A program made the translations under genes and the position numbers. Below the pieces are notes generated by a model. That model worked only from the letters and a program-made list of their open reading frames with translations, did no database searches and was not told where the DNA came from. A stretch of 45,702 bases of DNA from Octopus sinensis (taxonomy: Eukaryota). The stretch spans positions 1 through 45,702 of the forward strand of contig NW_021834693.1 in NCBI RefSeq assembly GCF_006345805.1, given 5' to 3'. Shown here piece after piece: positions 25,325 to 37,195 of the stretch (its first letter is position 1; the number at the start of each line of letters is the position of its first letter).

Positions 25325-26265
25325 CGAGGTAGCGGGTTGGTAGAATCGTCAAAGCGTCGGGGAAAAAAATGTCTTGCGATATTTCTTCTTACTCTTTACG
25401 TTCAGAGTTCAAATCCTGCCGAGGTCAACTTTGCCCTTCATTGTTTCGGGAGTCAATAAAATAAGGTACCAGTCAAGTACTGGGATCGCTGGTGTCGATT
25501 ATCCTCTCTCCCACAAAATTACTGAAACTATTTATAAAGATTCGAAAGGAAAAAGCAAGCGGACTGGCAGAACTGTTAGAGTATCGCAAAAAATGCTTTC
25601 CAGTACATTTTCCCCTACTCTTTGAGTTTAAATCCCAAGGAGGCCAACCTTTGACTTTCATCTTTTCAGAGTCGATATAATTAAATACCAGTTGCGTACT
25701 GGAATCGATGTAATCGACTCACTACTCCAAACTTGCTGGCTTTAGTCCAAAATTTGAAACCGTTATTTGAAAAGTTGGTTGACAGGCAGAAATGTTAAGG
25801 CGTTGGAATAAATAATTTGCGGTTAATTTCCTCTCCTGAAATTGCCGGCCTTTGTAAGTACCTATTATTTATGACACTTGAAAAGACATTAGAGCGGCAG
25901 AAGTGATAAAGTACCAGACAAAATGCCTATCTTATTAGATGCCTTTATGTTGTGAATTAAAATCTGAGGCCAGCTTTGCTCTTCAGTACCAGTGGAAAAG
26001 ATTTTCTAAGTGTAGAAGTGTAGTAAGGTGAGAGGGCAATTGTTATTTAAAACCAGATGAAAGCAGTGAGATGGCATAATCGTTAGTGCGTCGGACAAAA
26101 TGCTTAGTAGCATTTCTTCTGGCTTTACGTTCTGAGTTCAAATCCCAGACATAGATTTTGTCTTTCATCCTTTCGGAGTCGATAAAATAAGTACAAGTCG
26201 AGCCCCGGTGTCGATGTAATCAACTAGCCCCCAACCCCAAAATTTCAGGCCTTGTACCTATTAGT
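25325..26265 (+). mobile_element. Cluster of 3-4 same-orientation SINE family 2 copies
   Basis: Repeated ggcagaa..gagttcaaat..ctttcatc..gagtcgataaaataagtac at ~25330, 25560, 25890 and 26065. Confidence 0.7.
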
Positions 26266-26327
26266 TGATAGAGCTATTTCAATCCAGATAAACTGATTCA
26301 ACAGACATATACTCCATTGATGGCTAT

Positions 26328-26468
26328 ACTAGCGTAGCTAGAGGGAGCGATCCGCCCCAGGTGGCACCAGTTTTCGATCTGCTGTAGGCAATATGTATTT
26401 TTTGTGGGGCACCGGGGGCAGCACACCAAAAGGCTGCCCCAGGAGGCACACACTGTAGCTACGCTCGT
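26328..26468. mobile_element. Short GC-rich MITE, possibly hAT-like
   Basis: Inverted ends agcgtagcta / tagctacgct; TSD not established. Confidence 0.5.
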
Positions 26469-26566
26469 GTCACTAGACCATAATTCTATTTTGGGGGAAC
26501 AGAAGGTAGCCCTCGGGTTTACTTACTTATTATCTTTCAAACTAGGATCTTATTATCTTTCAAACT

Positions 26567-26695
26567 AGGGCTCGATATGAATCACGACTATAAGATACCC
26601 GGTTTTGGTTAAACTGCACCGCAAAATGTGGGAGTAGTTAGGAATCTAAATCGTAGGAGACAGACAGCACACAACCTCACTTTTATATATAAAGA
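26567..26695 (-). mobile_element. Helitron 5' fragment
   Basis: Reverse complement of 1755-1880. Confidence 0.85.
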
Positions 26696-26962
26696 TATAT
26701 CCCCCTCAAGCCGGCTATTTTCATGCTAGAAATAACAGCCAAATCTCACTAAACTGCGGTAACATAATGAAATGAATTGTGTAATGAATCTACTCACCTT
26801 TCTGCAAATATTTCTTTCGGGGTATTTTCCCCACATCAATATGAAATTAAGGTTTTTTTTTTTTATTATTTTATTTGAAAGTTACAAAAAAATATGAGTT
26901 TTGTCGAGAAGTGTGTTCGGGGAAACAGCGTTGGCAGGGTTTAGAAGAGATGTGTTCGAGAA

Positions 26963-27131
26963 AGAGTGGATGGCTGTGTGGTAAGTAGCTTCCTCACCAA
27001 CCACATGGTTCCGGGTTCAGTCCCACTGCGTGGCACCTTGGCCAAGTGTCTTCTACTATAGTCTTGAGCCAGCAAAAGCCTTGTGAGTGGGTTTGGTAGA
27101 CGGAACCTTTAAGAAGCCCGTCGTATATATG

Positions 27132-27163
<32 letters not shown>

Positions 27164-27190
27164 CGTGTGTGAGTGTGTTTGTCCACCCAA
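26963..27190 (+). mobile_element. SINE family 1, 5' half
   Basis: Homology to 13803-14050. Confidence 0.85.
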
Positions 27191-28419
27191 CAATATTTGT
27201 TGAATATACATTGCATTAGAAGTATTTAGACGGTTTCTGTTGCGCTCCTGCGACCGGGTGTTGAGCTTTACTGCTCGGATCCTCTACTGTTGATCGTGGG
27301 TATTTTCCGAGCCCCCTCCCCACCCCTTTGTCAGCGCGATTTTTTTTCGTCATATTCCTTCTATATACGATGCCTTACACCTGTTACACATATTCTTTTC
27401 CAGTTTCCCACCCGGGCGCGGATCTATATATTAACCGAGACTGTACTTAAATAAAAGACTGGGTGGTCACGACTGGAACGCTTTTGATAAGTCTACTGGA
27501 TTAGTGTTGTCCAGGGACTAAAACACAACTACTTTTGATATTTCGGAAGTTGTGTCTGTCTCTACAAGCTAGAAATAACAGCCAAATGTCTTTTCAATTA
27601 CACTGTTGTTTTAGATATAGTCACATTGCTTAATGTCGCCCAAGGTACATTACTACATGATTGTCATTTTCAGACATATTATATCTTGGATTACCTGCCA
27701 TTAATTGTAGTTCTACCCGTTCAGGTCTGACCTGGGGCTAAACGTCAAAACCGATATTCCTATTTCCTCATTTTGTTTTTGGTTAATTCTTCATTAGACT
27801 CTTTCAGGGTTGAAATATGTCAAGCATGTTGTTTAATACCAGGTCAGATCTAAACAAGTACTGACCTATGATCAAATATACTCCAGCTGTGATCATCGTG
27901 TCTGTTTCAACTGCATATATCTTATATATATTTTAAAGAATCGCAGGATGTGACTTGAGGGAGATTTGACTACGCTTCCATGTGTTTTGTTTGTGTAAAA
28001 GCACTTAGGTTAGTTGGTTTGCAGATGCATTAAGTGTGCTTGTGTGCATGGTTGAATATTGAATCTTATAGGACCTATCAAATATGCAATGAAAATAAAA
28101 AAATAAAAAAATTAAATGGTAAACGGTTAAATTTGGAAAACGGTTAATACCAAAAATCACAGCAGAATAAGATAGAAATAATGAAGTGAGGGGAGAGAGA
28201 AAGAGAAAGGAAGGGAAAGAAGGGGAGAGAGGAGCCGGAAGGAAAGAGAGGAAGAAGAGGGAAAGGGAAGGATAGAGAGCAAGGAAGAGAGATATTGAAA
28301 GTAATTTCCCTAAGAGACTCGTTTTAAAGAAAATCATTTTTTGTGTGTGTTGCAAATAATGACAAACCATTATTTACAGAGTTTACTCTTCTTTTTTTTT
28401 TTACTTCGTTGAAGCATCT

Positions 28420-29105
28420 CTTAGCAATAACTGAATGTTTTGCACCTCCGTTAGCAACAGTAACTACATGTTTCTGCGTGGATTCTGTTAGCAACAACCA
28501 AACGTTTCTAGAATGGGGTGTATCGATCTGTTAGCAACAGTAACTAGATGTTTCTACTATGTGGTCTCTCCATCTGTTAGTAACAGTAAGTAAATATTTC
28601 TATGTGGCCCCTCCATCTATTAGCAACAGTAACTTGATGGTCCTAGTACGAGGCCTCTCCGTCTGATAGCAACGGCAACTAAATGCTTCTGTTTGACGAT
28701 ACCATTTGTTAGTAACAACAACTACATGTTTCTACTATCTAGTCTTTCCATCTGTTAGCAACAATAAATTAATAACTCTACGTGATCACTGTTAGCAACA
28801 GTAACTTAATAACCCTTACTCTGTGGCCTCTCCATCTCTTAGCAACAATAACTAAATGTTTGTTTGATCTTCCCATCTATTAGCAACAGTAACTAGATGT
28901 TCCTAGTATGTGGTTCTTCCCGTTTGTTAGCAATAGCAACTAAATGCTTCTCTTTGGCTTCGCCACAACTACGTTTCTACTCTGTGGTCTCTCCATCTTT
29001 TAGCAACAGTAACTTAATATGTCTGTGGTCACTGGTAGCAATTAGTAAGTTAATATCTCCATTCTGTTACCTTTCCATCTGTTAGCGACAGTAACTAAAT
29101 GTTTT
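28420..29105. repeat. Degenerate minisatellite, ~16 units of mostly 37-47 bp, core ccatctgTTAGCAACAGTAACta
   Basis: Core recurs regularly with variable intervening sequence. Confidence 0.85.
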
Positions 29106-30639
29106 ACATTAACATCGACAACAATGGTAACTAGTACTACTAATGCTACTACTATTACTGCTACTACTACAGCAACTACCACCACCACCACCACCACCAC
29201 CACCATCACTACCACTACTACTACTGCTGCTGCTGCTGCTACTGCCACTGCTACTGCTGTTGTTGTTAAGCAACAAGGCGGGTAAGGGTGATTAGGTGAT
29301 AGTCTAGGGCTTAGGGGCGGGAGACCCCAGACCTTGGGGAAAAAAAAAAACTTTGGTCGTCTTGTTGTAGTCGAGGGCTCTTCGTTGACGCCCGACACCA
29401 CTGGGAGGTGGCCCTCGAAGCCGCTGGAAATGGAGATCTCCAGGTCCAAATTCTTGGACGGCTGCTGCTGATATCACTACTATTATCTGTTCCACAGACA
29501 CATGGACTCCTAACTTAATTCTCAGACAGAATCAGCGTGACACAATAGAACAAGTTTGGACTTTTCAATTATGAGTTCAGTCCATCTGATAGGCTTCACT
29601 TAGTTTCCGCCACAGACAAGACTCGGATTGACTCGAATCTATGATAAAGGATACTTAGCCACGTATCACAAAGTGGGATTGAAGCCGGGACCTCGTGACT
29701 GCAAAGCGAACTTCTTAACCATTCGGTCATGCTGCAGCAATTTTATACACAAGTGAGCGCGTGCACTCACTCAGACGCGCACGTGTAGACATGAACACGC
29801 ACGCACACACACACACACGTGTTCTTGAATATTCATTTCTGCTCTAGGCACAAGGCCCGAAATTTTTGGGGAGGGGTGCTAGTCGATTAGATCGACCCAG
29901 TACTCATGGGTTCTTTTGCTGTCTTTCTTCAAAGTAAAAATTTGTAGCAATGGAATGACTAAACGTTTGGCAACTGGCTTTTTTAAGGTAGCATTGCATT
30001 GAACCCTGGCAAAGAAAGGGTAAGTGCTTCATTTATTGGGCCAAAACATGTGTCAAAAGGGTAGCTAGAGGTGCAAAACGTGTTGGTGCATGATCCTTTT
30101 TGCTCTCTCCCCCCAAAATAACACATTAACGTGTAAAATGGAGCAATTCAGGCGTGAACAAAAGTTCAGCAACACATGTGCGCATAAGGTCACTTTATGT
30201 GTATGCCCCCCGATCATGCATGCAGGTCACGGGGGTGATTTCCTCTCCATTATCTAGCTCTGACCTTGTGGAGCATGTGTATAAATTTTGAGGTCAATCG
30301 GACATTGAATGTGGATTTCTATAAAAAACATAAATGGCTACAGACACACTGACACACAGGCACACACACACACACACACACAAACTCAATTTTATAAATA
30401 TAGAAGATGTGTGTGTGTGTGTGTGTGTTTATGTGTGCGTGTGTGTGTATTAAACTCTATATACGTTTTTACGTGTATGATGTGGATGTGTAGATGTGTA
30501 GTATTTGTATAATGGATGCTGAAGTGTGTATTTATGGAAAGATGCTGTATGTATATACAAGTATATGTGTGTATACATCATGCATGTATGTATGTTTTTA
30601 TTTGCTTAGTCTCGAAGGCGGGGCAGAGCCCATGGCCTC

Positions 30640-31600
30640 TGTAGACCCTCCAACACCATGTCATTAATGTTCTGGTCTAACCCCTGCAAGAAAGATATGA
30701 GCAGGGAGAAGACAATTACGGTGGGTCGATGTTTCAGGGAGGAAAGAAGGACGGCGTGGATTGGTCAGACCAGGACTGAAGTTTGGATTGAAGAGAGGTG
30801 AGAGAGAGGAGCGGATCTGTGGTTGCTGAATGGGAGAGGGACATGAACAGCAACCTTCACAGGCATGATGGAAACATGCCGGAGAGTAAAGAGTCTGTTC
30901 TTTAGGGGTTTAATGCCAATCAGTTGAGCAGCCCTTATTTGGACGTGGTCCAGGGTAAATGGTTGAGGCTGATTGGTGAGGAATGAAGGTTCATATTGAC
31001 TCCATGAGGATGGTCATTGTTGGATTTAGCAATAAGCAGGTGATTGGCTTATGGAAGGAAGAGAAGATGTGACAGAATCAAACCCCTGGAAGTACACGAG
31101 AGTTAATTTTGAATGAGATGGAATGAGCTCCATCAACATAAGTTGCAATGGTGTGATCTGATTGGAAGCTACTGACTGAAGAGGTGTGAAATGGGTAGAA
31201 ACCGTACGTGGGAATTTTCATTTTTTTTTTTTCTTTGTTGGAGATTCACATCCCAGACAGGGACAAAAGTTTTGTTGATGTCTTGGGGTAACAACGTGGC
31301 TTTTACTGAACATCTCAGAAATGTCATCCGGCTGGTGAATGACAAGAAACCATCGGTCCCCAACGGATCTGGCTCAACACAAGATGTGCTAATGGTCACT
31401 GGGCTAATTGAGGGATTCAACGTGTTGGAGAAGGTCTTTGTTTTCATTACCTGGGAGATGTTTGAGGTGAGAGCCATAGCGTGATACTTGATTGGGTTAA
31501 ACGAGCTGCCTTATTTGGAATGGGGCACACTGAAGCATGCCTGAAAATGTCAGTAATAATTGGAATTAATATGGATTTATAATCAACGTAGAGGAGCTTT
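30640..31600 (-). mobile_element. Highly degenerate CR1/Jockey-group LINE RT relic
   Basis: AMALTSNISQVM and QDINKTFVPVW resemble the RT motifs PIALTS.ISKVME and LDISKAFDRVW; many stops and frameshifts. Confidence 0.55.
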
Positions 31601-32119
31601 AGGTTTCAAAGCAGTTACCCATAAATGTTCTCCTTCTCACTGATTGTATTACAGATGTATATATATATATCTATATGTACGTGTATCTCTAGTTATCTGT
31701 CTGTCTGTCTATGTAAATATATGTATGTGTGTCGGTGTGTGTATTTCTTAGCAGAGGTGTTGAATATATTTATCCTGCGGCAGTCTTTGCTGAGGTTGGT
31801 ATTGTATCTTGCTGTAGCCAAAACATCATGTGACAGTAGGGGGGAGGAAGCCCCTCGATGACATTCAGGCAGCTGATGATCACATGTGTTATTGCACGGT
31901 CAACATTTACTGTTGTGTATCTTGGTTGGCAATTTAAGGGTTTCACTGTCTCATCTGTTCATTAGATACTCCATAGCTTTCTCCTGCTCTTGGGTCACAA
32001 ATATAAAAAAATAAAATCCCCCAAAATAACATAGCCTTCAAGACGTGAAATGGTGTACCAATCACAATTTGTTTTAAGGTTGCACTTCAGGTCACACTTC
32101 ATTTCAAGTTTAAGGGAAA

Positions 32120-32560
32120 CCATCATCATCATTATCATAATCATTGAACATCTGCCTTCCATGCTGGCATGGGTTGGACGGTTTGACAGGAGTTGGCCAG
32201 GCAGCAGCTAGCACCAGACTTCTCTATCTGTTTTATCAGGGTTTTTATGGCTGGATGCCCTTCCTAAAACCAATCACCCAGCAGAGTGGACCTTTTTTTA
32301 CATGGCACAAGCACAGGCGAGGTCAGTTTTGGCAAGGTTCTCACAGTTTGATGCCTTTCCAAATGCCAACCACTACACAGTGTGGACTGAATGCTTTTCA
32401 CATGGCACCAGTGCTAGCAGGGCCACCAAGTGACTTGGAAGACAAAGGTCCTTTGAGAAGGGAGGGGACGGACATTGGAGGAGATGATCTTGTGTCAGAT
32501 GATGAAAGCTTACACTGAGACAGAAACAGGTGTGTTTCAGTAGAGGAGGTACATAGTTAC
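32120..32560 (-). mobile_element. Diverged RTE-type 3' UTR with (CAT)n tail
   Basis: ttccatgctggcatgggttggacggtttgac..gctggatgcccttccta as in the other RTE tails. Confidence 0.65.
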
Positions 32561-33034
32561 CCGGGCCATACATTATTGTTTATAGTATAGAGAATGTTTG
32601 TGTTCTTGTGTCGGCTGAGGTAGGCTAGTCCTACGCACCTGGGTTCAAACGAGAGGTCAACAGAAAGCGAATGTTTATTGAAGAGTCAGTTGCAGGAACC
32701 GAAGGATGTTACAGACTTCATTTGGTTTGATGTATCTATTTTTGCATCTGTTCTTTTTACACTGCTGTGTGATATCGTTCAGTGATATCAAACTGCCTTT
32801 AAACCCTGCCTGGTGTTACTCTGGCATGGGATCCACGACCTAAACGGAGATTACTTTAGGTTACTTTTTAGTTTATTTTCCCATTTTTAAATACCTTTAA
32901 GATGTTGGCTAAAGATTTTTTACAATAAATTCTTCTGTACTTAGCATTGTAAATGCATTCTTTCAAACTTCTTTCTATTTTAATGATGATAAAACTGTTT
33001 CCTGTAGGACTTAGTGAATAATGATCCTGTCTAT

Positions 33035-33235
33035 TATAGGCAGAAAGCCTGAAATTTGTGGGAGGGGCATAGTCGATTACATTGACCCCCAGTACTCAAC
33101 TGGTACTTAATTTATCAACCCCAAAATAATGAAAGGTAAAGTCGACCTCAGTGAAATTTGAACTCAGAACGTAGCGATGAGCGAAATATCGCTAAGCATT
33201 TTGTCCAGAATGCTAATGATTCTGCCAGCTCACCT
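33035..33235 (-). mobile_element. SINE family 2 copy
   Basis: Reverse complement of the 14750 and 7657 copies. Confidence 0.8.
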
Positions 33236-34974
33236 CCTTGACTTCGAGAATAATGATAAAAAAACAAAAACAGGAATAAAAATAAGCCACGAGTTTCGCA
33301 ACGAAAGAAATGAACCTAAAGTACGATGATGGTAGTGGTGGTGGTGGGTGATGATGATGATGATTGTGGTGGTGATGATGATGATGATGATGTAGACTGT
33401 CAAATGTACGAATGGAAAATATTTCAAGAAAGACAAAAAAACGGTCAAATTGGAATTAGTCAAGGGATAGAAATCACGTGGAAAACCAGAGTATTTCCCC
33501 CTCATCTGATAAAGTTACACGGAACTACCTAAGAAAGTTTGTATGTGGACAAACAAATGTTTAGAAATAGCAGTCACGTATTTCCGAAATCCGTCAATTC
33601 TTTTTATAAAAGGAAGGACACTATTTACACACACACACACACACACACACACGGGTGCAGGCGTTTCACTGCATGACACCACAAACAAGTATTTTCTATT
33701 ATAACTTCTTAGAAACTGAAAGTAGCATGTTGTACATGTATATATACAGGGTGTCCCCCACGCGAATGTATACACACTTTAGATAATTGTAATGTGGGTG
33801 TTTATTAATGTTACACGTTCATATCTATGTGTATGCGTAGATATACGTATATATGAATACATCCCCACTATTAGTACTATTAGTAAACAGTATGAACTGT
33901 GTCTAAGGCGGATACGCACAGTGTGTATCACTCCGCTGTACATTTACAGTTTGTGAACATGCCAAGTAAAGAAACGGGTAGAATCATAAAAATGCCTTCA
34001 GTGAGTTGTTTATTATCTCACCTCGAACCAAAAGAATACATAACACACTGGTTGACATTAACAACAAGGTTCACATCAAATCTAATACTTTCTATACACA
34101 AACTATATTTACATCACATAATGTCGTATGGTGACTTGTATGTTTTAGGTTTGTTTGAATAGATTTTGCTTTTGATCACTGAGGTGGCTTTGCTTTCTTT
34201 TTTCCTCCTGAAATACTTCTGAACAGTTTTCGATACGATTCTGCCGTGTCTGCTGTGTTTAAACGATAGAAAGAAGACGGCAGGCGATAAAATATATACA
34301 CCAGGAAAATGGAGACGTTAAGAAATAGGTGACGATATTAAGTAAAGAATATTGATTCACTGTTGGGTGAATTGTTAGAAAATGAGCATTTTTCGTTGCC
34401 TTTTGGAGCTGGCAAACCAGTCTGAGTTGGTCAGATATAGACTGCTGTTTCCAGACGTTCACTTGTGTCTTTTAGGTGAGTCCTAACCTCTGCCTCAAGG
34501 GACGAAGTCAAGAATTGCAGGGGAGCTGGTTCTGAAAGACTTGAATCGCCTCTCGTAAGTGGAATAGGAAATCTCTTAGGAGAGCTGTTTGTTGCTAGAG
34601 GCACAAAAACTGCAGTCGACAAGACTAGGTTAAATGCTGACTAAACTTTTTAAATGTTTACTGGTTGCACATGTAAGAATTCAGGAGAGATGCAACGCAT
34701 AAAAGGAAGGCATTTTCTGTTGGAAGTTGTTGATAGGATGAAGTGTGCAGGTGAGACATGTCTGTCGATGTGGAGTGAGAGAATGGTAACTGTTGCAGCC
34801 TGTGATGCACAGGATTTAGCGACAACATTTCTATGAATCTCATTGTGAGGATGTTACCAGAGCCATAATTATATAGGTGTATGCAAGTATATAAATACTT
34901 GCATAAACTTACGTGTGTGTGTGCGTGCGTGCGTATGCTTACACGTGTGTTTGTCTATGTATACATATATATAT

Positions 34975-35121
34975 ATACGACGAGGCTCTTCTGTTTCCGT
35001 CTACCAAATCCACTCACAAGGCTTTGGTTGGCCCAAGGCTACAGATGTGCCACGCAGCAGGACTGAACCCGGAAGCATGTGGTTCGTAAGCACGCTACGT
35101 ACCACACAGCCACTCCTGCGT
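34975..35121 (-). mobile_element. SINE family 1, 5' half
   Basis: ccgtctaccaaatccactcacaagg..accacacagccactcctgcg. Confidence 0.85.
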
Positions 35122-35275
35122 CTATCTACGTATCTGTCTTCTGTCTGTCTATCCATCTCTCCCTCTCTTTCTCTCTATCTGTCTACCTATCGATCGATCA
35201 GTGTGTGTTTCTACTTGGTGAGTCCTAGAATAGAGGCCGAAAATGTTCTGTTCATTCTACCTTGTTATATACATA

Positions 35276-35521
35276 TTGGCTTGGTGCATAATTATTGCGG
35301 CTTTTTCAACAAATTTCATTCACAAAAACAATAACAACATGCTATAAAAACATCTTTAAATGATTATCCGGAGCATATTCACCATCTCCTTCAATTACTG
35401 CTTCCCATTTGCTTGGGCAGACGGTCAGACCGTCATTCAAAGATGTTTTTGTTAAATATGTTATTGTTTTGTTGAATAAAATTTGTTGAAAAATAGCCGC
35501 AATAATTATACACCGACTCAA
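35276..35521 (-). mobile_element. Internally deleted mariner element (MITE)
   Basis: TA flanks; imperfect TIRs ttggcttggtgcataattattgcggc / gccgcaataattatacaccgactcaa; retains transposase C-terminal-like PSKWEAVIEGDGEY. Confidence 0.82.
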
Positions 35522-36001
35522 TATCTCATAGATATACACGTAATATGGCCACAAGCAGAGAGACGTACACACATGTTTTGTATATGACTGTGTACTTGTG
35601 GCTGCATGTGTTTATATTGGTGAATGTATGTATAAAACGCGTGTTATAATTCTGCGAGTTGGTTTCCGTGGATTCGCGTTCAAATCCATGACAAGGCAGA
35701 GGTAGAGAAGAAATCTATTTCCTTATTTCTCTTTCTATATTGAGTAAAAGGATTGCCTCACCACCTACACATCTGCACAAATAGGACGGATGTCCCTTTC
35801 CATCACTGAACGACGTGAGTGTGTAGTGTTGGATTGTTTGCATGTGTGTGTGTGTGTGTGTGTCTTGAGGACTCAGTGGTAGAATGGGAGGCTGAAACAC
35901 TCCTTGTAAAACATACCACTTCCATAAACAACCAACCCCAGACACTGGTACAGAGTGGAGGTTGTTGTAGATAAAGACAAGTGAGAGAGTTAAATACAGA
36001 C

Positions 36002-36050
<49 letters not shown>

Positions 36051-36052
<2 letters not shown>

Positions 36053-36244
36053 TGAGGACTGAACACGAAAAGTGGACAGTCAACATGCTAGATATAGACG
36101 TCAAATCGCCATTCTCCACAAAAGATTATGTTCTCAGATCAAACTTGGTGAGTTTGATCTGAGAACATAATCTTTTGTGGAGAATGCGATTTGACGTCTA
36201 TATCTAGCATGTTGACTGTCCACTTTTCGTGTTCAGTCCTCAAT
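36051..36244. repeat. Near-perfect ~95-bp-arm palindrome embedded in (TA)n
   Basis: Arms 36051-36145 and 36151-36244 with a 5-nt loop tggtg. Confidence 0.92.
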
Positions 36245-36378
36245 GGTATATATAAAATATTTTAATCTTCGGATTCTTTTTTAATATGCTAGACCACTGG
36301 TCTTAATTGATAAATATCAATTTCTACCCTTAATTAATATTATATATATATACACATATACATACATATATATATATA

Positions 36379-36769
36379 CTAGCAGTATCGCCCGGCGTTG
36401 CTCGGGTTTGTAAGGGAAATAATTATATAAGCATTTTTAGAGATGTAAAGTATAATAGCCATCTCAATATGGCTAACCACAAAGGGGGAGGGGTGTTACT
36501 GTAGCTTTTTACGTTCTGAGATTTAATAATAAATTTTAGAGAGTTACTTCCTTTATATGTCAAAAATGGATTAAAAAATGGCAAAATTGATGGTAATTTT
36601 TTTTTTAAATCGTAGACTCATCGTCGACGCGCGCTAAAGCCGCTAATAGCCGGTCTCGAATGAATCACGACTATAAGATACCCGGTTTTGGTTAAACTGC
36701 ACCGCAAAATTGGGAGTAGTCGATATCAAATGTAGGAGACAGAACAACAACCTCACTTTTATATAAAGA
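36379..36769 (-). mobile_element. Non-autonomous Helitron (family of 1755-2135)
   Basis: a|CTAGcagtatcgcccggcgttgctcggg 3' end; ..ttttatataaaGA 5' end. Confidence 0.88.
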
Positions 36770-36867
36770 AGTTTCCTCTATTTACGTAATATTGAGGTCT
36801 CTTTCTTTCTATTGTTATCTTACTGTTTTACCAATATACATATATATATATATATAAATATATATAT

Positions 36868-37195
36868 AGTTACAGAGATGTACTTGCATAGCAAGTGACT
36901 TGATCTGAGATCGTGTGCGGGACGAAAACAGTTGCACGTGAAGAGTGTTTATAAGCCATTTAAAGAAACACACAAAAAAACAGTTAAGATTCACTTCAAC
37001 ATTTAAATTAAAATTGGTCAAAATACATTTTCGTCGCTTTGAGACCGCGACCGTTAGCACGATATTTTGTCAGTGAACAGGTCGCGGTCTCAAAGCGACG
37101 AAAAATATTTGGCAACTTAAATTTAAATTTGAAGTGAATATGTAACGGTTTTTTGTGTTTCTTAAATGGCTTACAAACACCTTCCACGCTGCAAT
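36868..37195. mobile_element. Penelope-like pseudo-LTR inverted pair, second locus
   Basis: Homologous to 23021-23290; inverted about ~37055-37065; flanked by (TA)n. Confidence 0.6.
37067..37115 (+). ncRNA. Candidate minimal type-I hammerhead ribozyme, second copy
   Basis: ttgtca GTGAACA g gtcgc ggtctcaaa gcgac GAAA aata T T tggcaa. Confidence 0.6.

Noticed and set aside
28420-29105. CRISPR-like repeat-spacer array
   Set aside because: Repeats are degenerate, spacers are mutually homologous, there are no cas genes and the context is eukaryotic.
33747-33800. Tc1/mariner element from TA-CAGGGTGTCC
   Set aside because: Only one TIR-like end is seen; no partner or transposase.
36056-36080. Hammerhead at ctgaacacgaaa
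   Set aside because: No stem II between the core segments and no 3-8 pair.
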